Source of the DNA: Escherichia phage vB_EcoM_F1
Reading direction: 5' to 3' (one strand)
Sequence record: NC_054912.1
DNA length: 64,000 bases
A model generated the notes under the pieces. The model saw only the letters and a program-made list of their open reading frames with translations, was not told where the DNA came from and did no database searches. This document shows positions 28,876 to 37,963 of the stretch, piece after piece (positions within the stretch are counted from its first letter, which is position 1; each line of letters opens with the position of its first letter). Both the position numbers and the translations under genes were made by a program.

Positions 28876-29326
28876 AATCCACCACTATTAAATCAATATC
28901 AGGAGTAAACATGTCGATTAATTTAGAAACCTTATCCCAATCACCGCCAGCAATACCACAACCTATGCGTGGAATGTAAATTACTGGTTTAAACAAAAGG
29001 GTTTCTGCCTGTAGATTTAATTCTATCATGCAGTTTACTAAAGCACCATAATCAAGATTAGGACCTGGTTCGTATTGCGTATACAAGTTATAACATATGC
29101 CAAAACCATTAGGTTTATGTTTAAAAACAATAGACATATCACCGAGTTTTTCACGCGAACCATATTCAGTAGTAGTTTTATCTATTTCTAAAATTTTAGG
29201 ATAGGCCCTTGCTAATTGACCAGCTACACCACTGCCCATTGTATGAAAACAATTGCATCCATGCGCAATATTTTTACCTTCAGCGAAAAGGGCGACAATA
29301 TCGCCCTTGATATATTTTACAATCAT
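28847..29326 (-). CDS. macro-domain protein (putative ADP-ribose-binding or -processing)
   Basis: 159 aa; GDIVALFAEGKNIAHGCNCFHTMGSGVAGQLARA resembles the macro-domain ADP-ribose-binding motif. Confidence 0.6.
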   Translation of the reverse strand: MIVKYIKGDIVALFAEGKNIAHGCNCFHTMGSGVAGQLARAYPKILEIDKTTTEYGSREKLGDMSIVFKHKPNGFGICYNLYTQYEPGPNLDYGALVNCMIELNLQAETLLFKPVIYIPRIGCGIAGGDWDKVSKLIDMFTPDIDLIVVDYESALPASV

Positions 29327-29670
29327 CTAGTACTCAATCCTCGATTATAAGAATCTACCAAACGGTCAACCATTGAATGACAAGCGGCTTTATCTTTCTC
29401 CTCCGCAACTGAACATTCTAAGGTATTCCACTTTTTAGCATATCGTTTTAATAATGTATCGTTTTTGTATCTGCTTGATTTATCTCTTTCTCCGTCTTTA
29501 TATGCATATATTAATTTCTGTGCAAATTCAGCTTGGCATGCTTTATTTTTCCCACAATAATCTGCCGCAGTGCGGTTTACATATTCTCTAATTTCAGTAT
29601 ATGATGTATCTGCTGACGCAGAAGCAGAAAATGAAATTAATCCTATACATAAAACCAAAATTTTAGTCAT
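29323..29670 (-). CDS. vs: secreted small protein at the T4 vs position
   Basis: 115 aa with N-terminal signal peptide (ILVLCIGLISFSASASA); assignment by position. Confidence 0.55.
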   Translation of the reverse strand: MTKILVLCIGLISFSASASADTSYTEIREYVNRTAADYCGKNKACQAEFAQKLIYAYKDGERDKSSRYKNDTLLKRYAKKWNTLECSVAEEKDKAACHSMVDRLVDSYNRGLSTR

Positions 29671-30208
29671 TTACTATTTCCAAAAGTTTATTATTTTTAA
29701 GGTAATTAGCCTTTTCTAGGACTTCAGAAGCATATTTAGAACCTGCTTTAACATTCCATCCCGAATTATAAGAGGATATTGCTTTTCTTATATCGCCCTT
29801 ATGTATATTTAACCAATAAGAAAGTTCAATGTACGCCCAGGAAGCTGAATTGGATCGTTTATTCAACATTCTTTTTATTTCAGCATCGGTCATATTATAA
29901 CCAAGTTCCTTAACTCTTGCTCGCATAGTAGGCAAATAATTTTGGAACATTCCATAAGCGTGATGCTTTGGTTTAGATTTTAAATTAACTCCGCCAGAGC
30001 TTTCTTGCCATAAAATAGCAGCCATTATATGACCTAATCCGCTCTTGTGGATATTTTTATGTGTTTTATATTTTCCATCCTTAGAAAATTGTTCCCCGAA
30101 TTGATACGCGTAACGCATGTTATCGAGTTGGACATTACTGAAAGTATGCTCGGAGCTATGTGCCATCATTGAAATGGCCAATAGACCAGCGAGTAGTGCT
30201 TTTCTCAT
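29663..30208 (-). CDS. periplasmic lytic-transglycosylase-like protein (vs.1 position)
   Basis: 181 aa; signal peptide and QESSG motif typical of SLT-domain catalytic Glu. Confidence 0.6.
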   Translation of the reverse strand: MRKALLAGLLAISMMAHSSEHTFSNVQLDNMRYAYQFGEQFSKDGKYKTHKNIHKSGLGHIMAAILWQESSGGVNLKSKPKHHAYGMFQNYLPTMRARVKELGYNMTDAEIKRMLNKRSNSASWAYIELSYWLNIHKGDIRKAISSYNSGWNVKAGSKYASEVLEKANYLKNNKLLEIVND

Positions 30209-30215
30209 GCTTACC

Positions 30216-30677
30216 TCATTGAGTTTTAATTACTGCTTTAGAAGCCTTTCCTGGTAAACGACGACTGTTAATAATTGCCATCCTACATTGAAGTGACGGG
30301 TCTTTGAACTTCGCATTAGGTTTACAAACTGTAAATCCAAGCCAAAGATTTCCATCTGTGATTTCTAAACGTCCAGGACGATATTCAACCCCATCAATAA
30401 AATCCTCGTCAATGTCAGGACGCGGAGGCATACTCAGGAATTCATTAACTTCTAAAACATGGTCTTTTATTTTATGGAATAATTCAAAAACGTATGTCTC
30501 ATCAATCTCCCGTTGAATTGCGCGATCAAGAAGATGTTGAGAATATTTTAGATGAAACGATGAGACCCCTGCTGCTTTTGATGCCTCACGAATCTCATTG
30601 TTAATTTGACGAAACTCCGACTCAAAGTGACGACGAAGCTTATTTCGACGGATAAAAACTTCTGTATTGATAGTCAT
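30216..30677 (-). CDS. regB: endoribonuclease RegB
   Basis: 153 aa; matches T4 RegB as recalled. Confidence 0.9.
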   Translation of the reverse strand: MTINTEVFIRRNKLRRHFESEFRQINNEIREASKAAGVSSFHLKYSQHLLDRAIQREIDETYVFELFHKIKDHVLEVNEFLSMPPRPDIDEDFIDGVEYRPGRLEITDGNLWLGFTVCKPNAKFKDPSLQCRMAIINSRRLPGKASKAVIKTQ

Positions 30678-30702
30678 GTTATTCTCCTCTTAACTGATAG
30701 AA

Positions 30703-30737
30703 AAATTATACCACAGTCAAGAGGAAAAGTAAACAGT
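30703..30737 (-). promoter_or_regulatory. T4-type early promoter upstream of regB
   Basis: Minus GTTTAC -35 and TGGTATAAT extended -10. Confidence 0.55.
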
Positions 30738-31057
30738 TATTCTTTAAATCTAATCAATTTATTCATAGACTTTGAAACTTCTGCACGAACCTCATGTAGA
30801 TTTTTGAGCTGTTCAAGACGCTGCTCATAGTAAGCAATTTCATCTTCTTCGAGACAGTCCTGTGAATCTTCTTTAAGATAACGTGCATAGTCCTGAAAAG
30901 CGTTACGAACTACTTCCTGGAAATCATCAAGACTTTGAATTTTCTTAGGAGCAGCAGATACACGACGAGGGGCAGTATAATACTCATAACCAAACCCTGC
31001 GCTTAATTGAGCCATTAGTATTTTTCCTCTGGTTGGAACACAGCACGGCAAGCCCAC
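30737..31057 (-). CDS. hypothetical protein (vs.3 position)
   Basis: 106-aa ORF. Confidence 0.5.
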   Translation of the reverse strand: MGLPCCVPTRGKILMAQLSAGFGYEYYTAPRRVSAAPKKIQSLDDFQEVVRNAFQDYARYLKEDSQDCLEEDEIAYYEQRLEQLKNLHEVRAEVSKSMNKLIRFKE

Positions 31058-31281
31058 ATACTGGCTTCTTTGAGTTTCGTTTTAGCAATAGTTAACTGAT
31101 CGAGGCTTTCGGCGTAATTCTTCGCGAGTTCATCATCTTCACAGCTATCAAATGCTTCCCAAAATTCATCGTATAAAGCATCAAAGATAAGTCCTAAACG
31201 AACTTCAGCGTCTTTGATAGCATTCACTTTACCGATTTTCTCTTCAGTATGTGGTTTATAACCTTTAATATCTTCAATCAT
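31015..31281 (-). CDS. small protein at the vs.4 position; candidate Acb2-type cyclic-nucleotide sponge
   Basis: About 88 aa from the internal Met with a GAGGAAG RBS; assignment by gene order only. Confidence 0.45.
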   Translation of the reverse strand: MIEDIKGYKPHTEEKIGKVNAIKDAEVRLGLIFDALYDEFWEAFDSCEDDELAKNYAESLDQLTIAKTKLKEASMWACRAVFQPEEKY

Positions 31282-31495
31282 ATTTGACTTCCTCACCAGT
31301 ACATAAATCATATTCAACTAAACGAATAGGTTCATGAATGCCATATCCTTGAACAGAAATTTCTGTAGTAGGATAAATTCCATTAATATCACCCATGTTC
31401 CATGCTTCGTTAAATTGCTGTTCGCCTGAATTACTAAACCATTCGGCGAAAGCATTTAACACATCTTCAGAACCTTCAATAATTATCTTTGCCAT
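31274..31495 (-). CDS. hypothetical small protein (vs.5 position)
   Basis: 73-aa ORF. Confidence 0.5.
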   Translation of the reverse strand: MAKIIIEGSEDVLNAFAEWFSNSGEQQFNEAWNMGDINGIYPTTEISVQGYGIHEPIRLVEYDLCTGEEVKYD

Positions 31496-31857
31496 TACAA
31501 ACTCTCGGTAAAGGTACGAGCGATAACGTCGCGCTGCTGTTCCGGAGTCAGAGAGTTAAAGCGAACTGCATAACCGGATACACGGATGGTCAGCTGTGGA
31601 TATTTTTCCGGATGCTTAACTGCATCTTCCAGAGTTTCACGACGCAGAACGTTAACGTTCAGGTGTTGACCACCTTCAATTTTAACTGTAGGCTGTTGCT
31701 CAATTTCAATTTCACGGGCATGCAAACCATAGAAAATTTCTGGGTCTACAAAAGAGTCCTCTTTAAAGGTTTTAGAGACAATAATTCGCGCTTGAATACC
31801 ATCTTCAAAATAAATAGTACCTTTATGTGTGCCTTCAAGAATTTGATATGCTTTCAT
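31495..31857 (-). CDS. autonomous glycyl-radical cofactor (GrcA/YfiD-like)
   Basis: 120 aa ending with the glycyl-radical motif [17 protein letters not shown]. Confidence 0.85.
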   Translation of the reverse strand: MKAYQILEGTHKGTIYFEDGIQARIIVSKTFKEDSFVDPEIFYGLHAREIEIEQQPTVKIEGGQHLNVNVLRRETLEDAVKHPEKYPQLTIRVSGYAVRFNSLTPEQQRDVIARTFTESL

Positions 31858-31864
31858 ATAAACC

Positions 31865-32194
31865 TCAATTAGAAAATAAATTTATCCAAGATTGTTCTTT
31901 AATTAAAAATGGCTCAGAATCATATGCCATTAAACTCTGTGTGATTAGTCCTTTAAAAGGCCCATCAATAAATTCCATGGTAAAATATGGAATTTTATTC
32001 ATTAGCCGTGCATTAGGAGCAGTGCACAAAACTTTGCATCCTTTGAATACGCCTTTTTGCAATTTGTATTGCTTGGGATAAAATTCGCTCAAAATGTTAT
32101 TATTTGCTAAAATTTCAAAATGATTCACCAATTTATTTTTAATAGTTTTTGGTGAAAAATAAAGATATTCGAAAAGCTGTGTGTCTGTCATCAT
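31865..32194 (-). CDS. hypothetical protein (vs.7 position)
   Basis: About 109 aa from the internal Met; ATGA overlap with the upstream gene. Confidence 0.5.
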   Translation of the reverse strand: MMTDTQLFEYLYFSPKTIKNKLVNHFEILANNNILSEFYPKQYKLQKGVFKGCKVLCTAPNARLMNKIPYFTMEFIDGPFKGLITQSLMAYDSEPFLIKEQSWINLFSN

Positions 32195-32730
32195 TGCATT
32201 CCGATTACGAAAAACTGTGGACGAGTAATACCACCAATACAACATTTAATATTACAGCAGCAGTGTACAGTGTCAATATGGACACTATAAATCTTATCCA
32301 TATCAGGAGATTTGACAGGCTCATCAATTATATACAAAATTCGCGAAAGCGATAAACCTCTGAACTTGCTTCCTTTATTACCGATAAAACTGCGCACAGA
32401 ATCAGTAAATAAACGAAAACGTATATCATCATTAGAATAACGCGAAAATTCCTTTTTGATGCTATTTGCAGAAATTTTAGCGTAAGCTGAAGTATTAGAA
32501 AGAACAATAACTGTTCCACCGTCATACAACCAATTAGCGGCAAAATTAGTTACTGCAGTTGATTTACCGGATTGACGTCCACCATCTAGTCGAAGTGTGC
32601 AATACTGCTTAAGTAAGTCTTCAAATGGTGGGATATAATCGTTTTTACAAATTTCTTCTACTCTAGCATCAGAATGGTGTGTAAAAGCATTCATCAGGGA
32701 TAGATAAGGACCAGTTAAAAATGTTCTCAT
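32191..32730 (-). CDS. P-loop NTPase-like protein (vs.8 position)
   Basis: 179 aa; Walker A GGRQSGKST and Walker-B-like ILYIIDEP; Cys-rich C-terminus. Confidence 0.55.
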   Translation of the reverse strand: MRTFLTGPYLSLMNAFTHHSDARVEEICKNDYIPPFEDLLKQYCTLRLDGGRQSGKSTAVTNFAANWLYDGGTVIVLSNTSAYAKISANSIKKEFSRYSNDDIRFRLFTDSVRSFIGNKGSKFRGLSLSRILYIIDEPVKSPDMDKIYSVHIDTVHCCCNIKCCIGGITRPQFFVIGMQ

Positions 32731-32882
32731 TTCTTCTCTCTAAGTTTGGGCCATTCCGTGGCGCATGAATTGTCCATTTCTGTATTTACCCATTACCGCA
32801 CTTGGGCTCGACCTTATTACAGGTTGGCGGGAATCCCTCACAAAATCATGAGGTCCAGGTTGTTCCCATATTTCTTATTTGC

Positions 32883-33356
32883 TTATTTGAATGATTTAAC
32901 GTACTGAATAGAACCTTTACTATTCACGAAAGCGATTTTACCATTTTTATTATACATGGTAGCAGTACGCTGATATCCATAAGTTTGCTTACCAGATTGA
33001 TAACCAACTAATGCGAAATTATCTTCACCCATTTTATTCTGTTTAGCGCGAATGCGTTCATGACCATGTGCCATAAGAACCTTAGCATCACCCGTTGCAA
33101 TGGATCTACGAGTTTTTTCATCTTCAACTGTATTAACAAAGTCGTCAAATGAATCAAATTTAGCATGAGATTTATTATACAGTTTTCCATCTACTGCATA
33201 ATTATATCCTTGTACATCCATCTCAACTTCTGTACCATCATCCAATACAGCAGTGATTTTCTGTCCTTTTTTAAATTTCAAAAGATCAGTAAAAGATTCA
33301 GCAATAATTTGAGAATTAATAGCTGCTTCAGTAATAAATTCTTGATATGTTTTCAT
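32883..33356 (-). CDS. head internal protein (IP-type) with capsid-targeting N-terminus
   Basis: 157 aa; N-terminal MKTYQEFITE|A matches the internal-protein targeting sequence and an LxE/IxE prohead-protease site. Confidence 0.7.
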   Translation of the reverse strand: MKTYQEFITEAAINSQIIAESFTDLLKFKKGQKITAVLDDGTEVEMDVQGYNYAVDGKLYNKSHAKFDSFDDFVNTVEDEKTRRSIATGDAKVLMAHGHERIRAKQNKMGEDNFALVGYQSGKQTYGYQRTATMYNKNGKIAFVNSKGSIQYVKSFK

Positions 33357-33392
33357 GTGTTTCCTTTAAATATTTTAATTAGTAACTGTGAA

Positions 33393-33427
33393 TATACTAT
33401 CACAGTTTTAGGAGAAAGTAAACAACT
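33393..33427 (-). promoter_or_regulatory. T4-type early promoter upstream of the IP gene
   Basis: atatactatcacag ... agtaaacaac module. Confidence 0.5.
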
Positions 33428-33958
<531 letters not shown>

Positions 33959-34414
33959 TTAAAAGAGGTTGTTCATTATTCGGTAAAGTGAAGGACCCAT
34001 CACATATTGCCACTGAGTACGAGGAATAAGAGCAAAAGCATCCATCTCTGGAATCATAACGCCATCTTTATTTTCAAAATAAGACTCGCAATGGCAATTT
34101 CTAAACATCTCATGCTCTACTGGAATCGTATAATAAAATAACTGTAAGTCTTTATTACTAGAATATTTAAATACACCTAGGTCTTCTAGAAGGTCTGGAT
34201 TATAATTGCTAAAACCGGTCTCTTCTAAGCATTCTCTTCGTGCTGCATCTAGTGCACTTAAATCAGAGTTTTCTACACGGCCCTTTGGAATATCCCAACG
34301 ATGTGCCATCATTCCAGGCTTACGAGAACCAGTAACCCGACCCATAAATAAATCTTTATCTTCTGTCATAAAGATAATACCAGCTGATAGTGTTTTCATT
34401 TTAATTTCCTGCAT
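33959..34414 (-). CDS. nudE: Nudix hydrolase NudE
   Basis: 151 aa; Nudix box GRVENSDLSALDAARRECLEETG. Confidence 0.85.
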   Translation of the reverse strand: MQEIKMKTLSAGIIFMTEDKDLFMGRVTGSRKPGMMAHRWDIPKGRVENSDLSALDAARRECLEETGFSNYNPDLLEDLGVFKYSSNKDLQLFYYTIPVEHEMFRNCHCESYFENKDGVMIPEMDAFALIPRTQWQYVMGPSLYRIMNNLF

Positions 34415-34587
34415 TCAGTGATAAAGTTATTTAAATTTTGAGTATATTTCTTTTCATCAAAAATCTTTTGCTGTCTGCGTAACCGCCATGGCATTTCAAT
34501 GAACATACGCCATATTCCTGATAATACTGCTGCTGTAAAAATATTAACAAGTATGGTTAAAAGAACCCAATCTCCTATTCTGTCCAT
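34396..34587 (-). CDS. small membrane protein
   Basis: 63 aa, hydrophobic N-terminus. Confidence 0.45.
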   Translation of the reverse strand: MDRIGDWVLLTILVNIFTAAVLSGIWRMFIEMPWRLRRQQKIFDEKKYTQNLNNFITECRKLK

Positions 34588-34883
34588 TGGATTTTTATAA
34601 AAAAGTAAAATACGAACGATGATATAGGAAGACTAATGATATACCACAGAAGAACCTTCTTATCTGTGAACCATTCAGCATTCGTTAACTTAGCGCGACC
34701 GTTTTGAATACATACGAACTTATCATCTGTTACAGTAAATGGCTTAGCTGCTTGATACCCCATTCTAAACTCCCTAATTAATCGTTTCTTTGTATCTTCA
34801 GAACAGCCGCTCCAGTCAACTCTATCAACTGAAATGCCATCGTCCCCATCATCTAAATCATACCAGCGAGTTTTTAAAATCAT
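34575..34883 (-). CDS. hypothetical protein with C-terminal TM segment
   Basis: 102-aa ORF. Confidence 0.45.
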   Translation of the reverse strand: MILKTRWYDLDDGDDGISVDRVDWSGCSEDTKKRLIREFRMGYQAAKPFTVTDDKFVCIQNGRAKLTNAEWFTDKKVLLWYIISLPISSFVFYFFIKIQWTE

Positions 34884-35242
34884 TTAATTTTCCTACAATC
34901 ACTCACAAACTCTTCCATTGATTCTTTTTCAATATAAGACATATAGCTATTATATTCCTTTAATTGTATTTTGTAATCCTTTTTTCTTTGCCAATTTATT
35001 TTAAAATTATCATAATGAAAATATAACATGGTACCAAAGAATGAAAATAATGAAATTGCTATAGTATAATGAAGTTCACTCCAAACTTCTATTATATTTA
35101 CTGTGCCGTCAATGTTTAAAATAAGACAGTCAATTAACAATCCAAAAAGACTACCCGCAAGAGCTGCAGCCAACGCCACAGCAAAAATTAAAAATGACTC
35201 AGGAAACGAATATTTGACTTTATTTAGTTTTGGCTTTTGCAT
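34880..35242 (-). CDS. membrane protein
   Basis: 120 aa, two hydrophobic helices. Confidence 0.5.
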   Translation of the reverse strand: MQKPKLNKVKYSFPESFLIFAVALAAALAGSLFGLLIDCLILNIDGTVNIIEVWSELHYTIAISLFSFFGTMLYFHYDNFKINWQRKKDYKIQLKEYNSYMSYIEKESMEEFVSDCRKIK

Positions 35243-35637
35243 CGTGATTCCTTAACAAATTTCATAATTTCATCAAATTCATACGCAGCAAGTTTAAGCT
35301 GATGTTCCTTTTTAATCTTTTTACACTGTGCTTTCCAATCACGTACGCGTTTACGATAATGCCTTCCTTGATACCAGTATCCTACCCAATTTACAGGTAC
35401 TAATAAAAGTGGAACTATTAATGGAAGAATTAGCGTTGCTCCAAATATTACACCAGATTCAATATCAGTCATAACATCTATAACTATTCCGGCAATCAGC
35501 AGAATCACAAATGATACAGCTACCACAGGACCTATTAACACATCAGTAGAAATTATCTGACGCTTTAATTCATACTTCAACGGTTTACTTGGAAGGTATA
35601 GTGATGGTTTTGACATATTCTCTACATTCCTTAACAA
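35224..35637 (-). CDS. membrane protein
   Basis: 137 aa, hydrophobic helices. Confidence 0.5.
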   Translation of the reverse strand: MLRNVENMSKPSLYLPSKPLKYELKRQIISTDVLIGPVVAVSFVILLIAGIVIDVMTDIESGVIFGATLILPLIVPLLLVPVNWVGYWYQGRHYRKRVRDWKAQCKKIKKEHQLKLAAYEFDEIMKFVKESRCKSQN

Positions 35638-36193
35638 ATTTTTCTAGTAATAAATCGCTTTCAAAATTGGGATTTTCTACGAATTTATCAAAAAGATCAT
35701 CAACAATAGTTAAGATATTCTTTTTGCTAAGAATACGTTTATTTTCATGCTTCGTTTCAGAGTCAACTATAAGAGTAAAGAAATATTTCTTTCCCTGAAA
35801 TTTTACCGTAGTATCAATATAAAATAAATTTGACTTTTGTAAATTACGTTTAAACCATGCGTCACTTAAACTATAAACACCGAGATAATCAAAATCGTCA
35901 TTTAAATAACAAACTGTCCATTCAGGAGAAATGAAATCAGTAAATTCAACATCAAAATCACATGTTAATGAATGAATTGATTCAATACTGTTAATAAGTA
36001 TTCCAGGACGTATTAAAGACTTTTTACCTCTGGAAAATCTTCCAGAAAGACTTTCATTAGTTTCATATGAAGAACCCCAATAATAATTACGCCCTTCTGC
36101 CATACGTTTAAGAGCATTTAATAATTGGTCTGGAACATCAACTTGTCTTTGGAACTCTTCAAACATTGAATTGAAATCATTTTGCATTCTCAT
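35585..36193 (-). CDS. hypothetical protein
   Basis: 202-aa ORF. Confidence 0.5.
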   Translation of the reverse strand: MRMQNDFNSMFEEFQRQVDVPDQLLNALKRMAEGRNYYWGSSYETNESLSGRFSRGKKSLIRPGILINSIESIHSLTCDFDVEFTDFISPEWTVCYLNDDFDYLGVYSLSDAWFKRNLQKSNLFYIDTTVKFQGKKYFFTLIVDSETKHENKRILSKKNILTIVDDLFDKFVENPNFESDLLLEKFVKECREYVKTITIPSK

Positions 36194-36213
36194 TTCTATT
36201 TACTCCAAGTAAT

Positions 36214-36229
36214 AGGGGCCGAAGCCCCT
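36214..36229 (-). other. intergenic GC hairpin (UUCG loop), function unclear
   Basis: Plus aggggc-cgaa-gcccct; no U tract on the minus strand. Confidence 0.35.
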
Positions 36230-36234
36230 TATCA

Positions 36235-36828
36235 TTATTTCAGAGAATTAATGTATTCCTGAACATCGGCAGAGGTAGTTTCAACCCCAGAAATATTACC
36301 ATTAAAGGTTTCAACTCGAGCAAGGGTATCTTCAATATCAACCTTAGTCAGTGCTGCAATTTCAACTACATCATCGGCAGTACTAATTCCAAGGGCATTT
36401 GCCGCACGAGTTTCACGGATATATTCCAATTTAACTGCAAGCTCTTGACGAGCATCATCTAACTCAACTACTTTCTTGGCGATTTCAATTCGCATTTCAG
36501 CATAACCGTCAGCCTTAGTAGTCAACTGCTCAGCTGTTCGACGATATAGTAAACCGAGTTTAGCATGCATTGTTACATCTTGACCTTCGGAAAGAAGTTT
36601 ACGAATTTCACGCTCTTTTGATTCAGCCTGTCGATTCTTTTCGACAATAAGTTCACGAATACGTTTTTCTTCGTTAATAGATTTAACAGAAGCAGTTTTT
36701 AGATCTTTAATTTTATCAAGTAGTTTTGCTGCTGCAGCAGTATACTGTTCTTCAACAGATAGATTTTTAGCCATAGCAGAACCAAGTTTAGTGCGAATAA
36801 ACTCAACAATTTTCTTCAGTGTGTTCAT
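36235..36828 (-). CDS. PspA/IM30-like coiled-coil protein (tentative)
   Basis: 197 aa; amphipathic N-terminal helix then long heptad-rich helices; resemblance judged by eye. Confidence 0.4.
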   Translation of the reverse strand: MNTLKKIVEFIRTKLGSAMAKNLSVEEQYTAAAAKLLDKIKDLKTASVKSINEEKRIRELIVEKNRQAESKEREIRKLLSEGQDVTMHAKLGLLYRRTAEQLTTKADGYAEMRIEIAKKVVELDDARQELAVKLEYIRETRAANALGISTADDVVEIAALTKVDIEDTLARVETFNGNISGVETTSADVQEYINSLK

Positions 36829-36871
36829 AGTATTTCCTTAGGTTGATTAAAAATTAAAATCTGTGGAAGAA

Positions 36872-37417
36872 TTATATCATGCTATTTAAGAGATGTAAAC
36901 TATTTTTAATTTTACAAATTCGTTCAGCTTCTTCAACAGCGGCGGCGATAATGCTTTTAGCTATAGGAGTACTAATACTAGTAGCTTTTACACTTAACAC
37001 GATTTCTTTATCTTTACCAGGCCAACCCCACGATTTTTCACCATGAGTGCCTTTAATTACAGCAGACACCTCAAGTGAGCATCCATTATCACATGTTTTT
37101 ACATTAACAACCCAAGGATCACTTTTCTCAACCGGTTTATCAAACGGTTTATCCCAGTAAATATTAAGAGTACGTGGGACATCAAATTTAGCAGGGCAAA
37201 TCTTAACCGTAAGACCTTCGCTTTCTAGCCAATTAATAAGAGGGCGTTCATACATGCGGCGATGTGGGCTTTGAACTCGACAAGCTTTGTACCCATTGCT
37301 TGCGGCTTCACTAAGCTCTTCTAATACCTGCTTTTGCATTATTGATAAGATACCATCAAAAGATTTTTCGGAAGTTTCATTCAGTTCGGTATAAAGAGAC
37401 ATAACAGTTTTCCTCAA
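36872..37417 (-). CDS. hypothetical protein
   Basis: 181-aa ORF. Confidence 0.5.
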   Translation of the reverse strand: MRKTVMSLYTELNETSEKSFDGILSIMQKQVLEELSEAASNGYKACRVQSPHRRMYERPLINWLESEGLTVKICPAKFDVPRTLNIYWDKPFDKPVEKSDPWVVNVKTCDNGCSLEVSAVIKGTHGEKSWGWPGKDKEIVLSVKATSISTPIAKSIIAAAVEEAERICKIKNSLHLLNSMI

Positions 37418-37458
37418 ATTATAGGCTCATAATATCTCAATCATGAGCCTATGTAAAC

Positions 37459-37776
37459 TTATTTCATATTATTGAAATATTCTTCTGCGATTTCATCGTT
37501 ATCATGGTAAACTTTAGAAGACAGTTTAACATAACCTTCAGCAGTGAACATATTAATCACAACCTTTACAGTATACCACTGTCCGTCTTCATTACCCATT
37601 ACTGCGTAAGTTTCAAACATCGGATGGTCAGGACCGATAACTTTAATATCATTCACTGTACGACCAAAATCTTCTGAAACGCATTTCATAAAGAAGTTGA
37701 ACAGTTCGCCGTAATTATCCATTTCATTCTCCAAGTTGTTTTTCTGTATCAGTAGTTGATAGTTGTATAGTACCAT
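37459..37776 (-). CDS. hypothetical protein
   Basis: 105-aa ORF. Confidence 0.5.
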   Translation of the reverse strand: MVLYNYQLLIQKNNLENEMDNYGELFNFFMKCVSEDFGRTVNDIKVIGPDHPMFETYAVMGNEDGQWYTVKVVINMFTAEGYVKLSSKVYHDNDEIAEEYFNNMK

Positions 37777-37797
37777 GGAAGAACAGGGATGTAAACC
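37763..37797 (-). promoter_or_regulatory. T4-type early promoter
   Basis: gttgtatagtaccatgg ... gtaaacc module. Confidence 0.5.
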
Positions 37798-37923
37798 ATT
37801 TTGTGAAAAAAATTTTTAAAAGTTTTAGGGAATTCTAGGGAGGGATGGGCAATTAAAGGATAGGATAATATATTATAAAGGGTATAAACTAAATGATGCC
37901 TAGAGAGGTCCAGAAAGGCCTAG

Positions 37924-37958
37924 ATACCAAAAAGCCCCAACCTTTCGGCTAGGGCTAA
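37924..37958 (-). terminator. terminator hairpin, copy 1 of a 35-bp direct repeat
   Basis: Minus-strand RNA forms a 9-bp stem with GAAA loop and U5; the plus-strand version has two mismatches that are G-U pairs only on the minus transcript. Confidence 0.6.
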
Positions 37959-37963
37959 GAATG

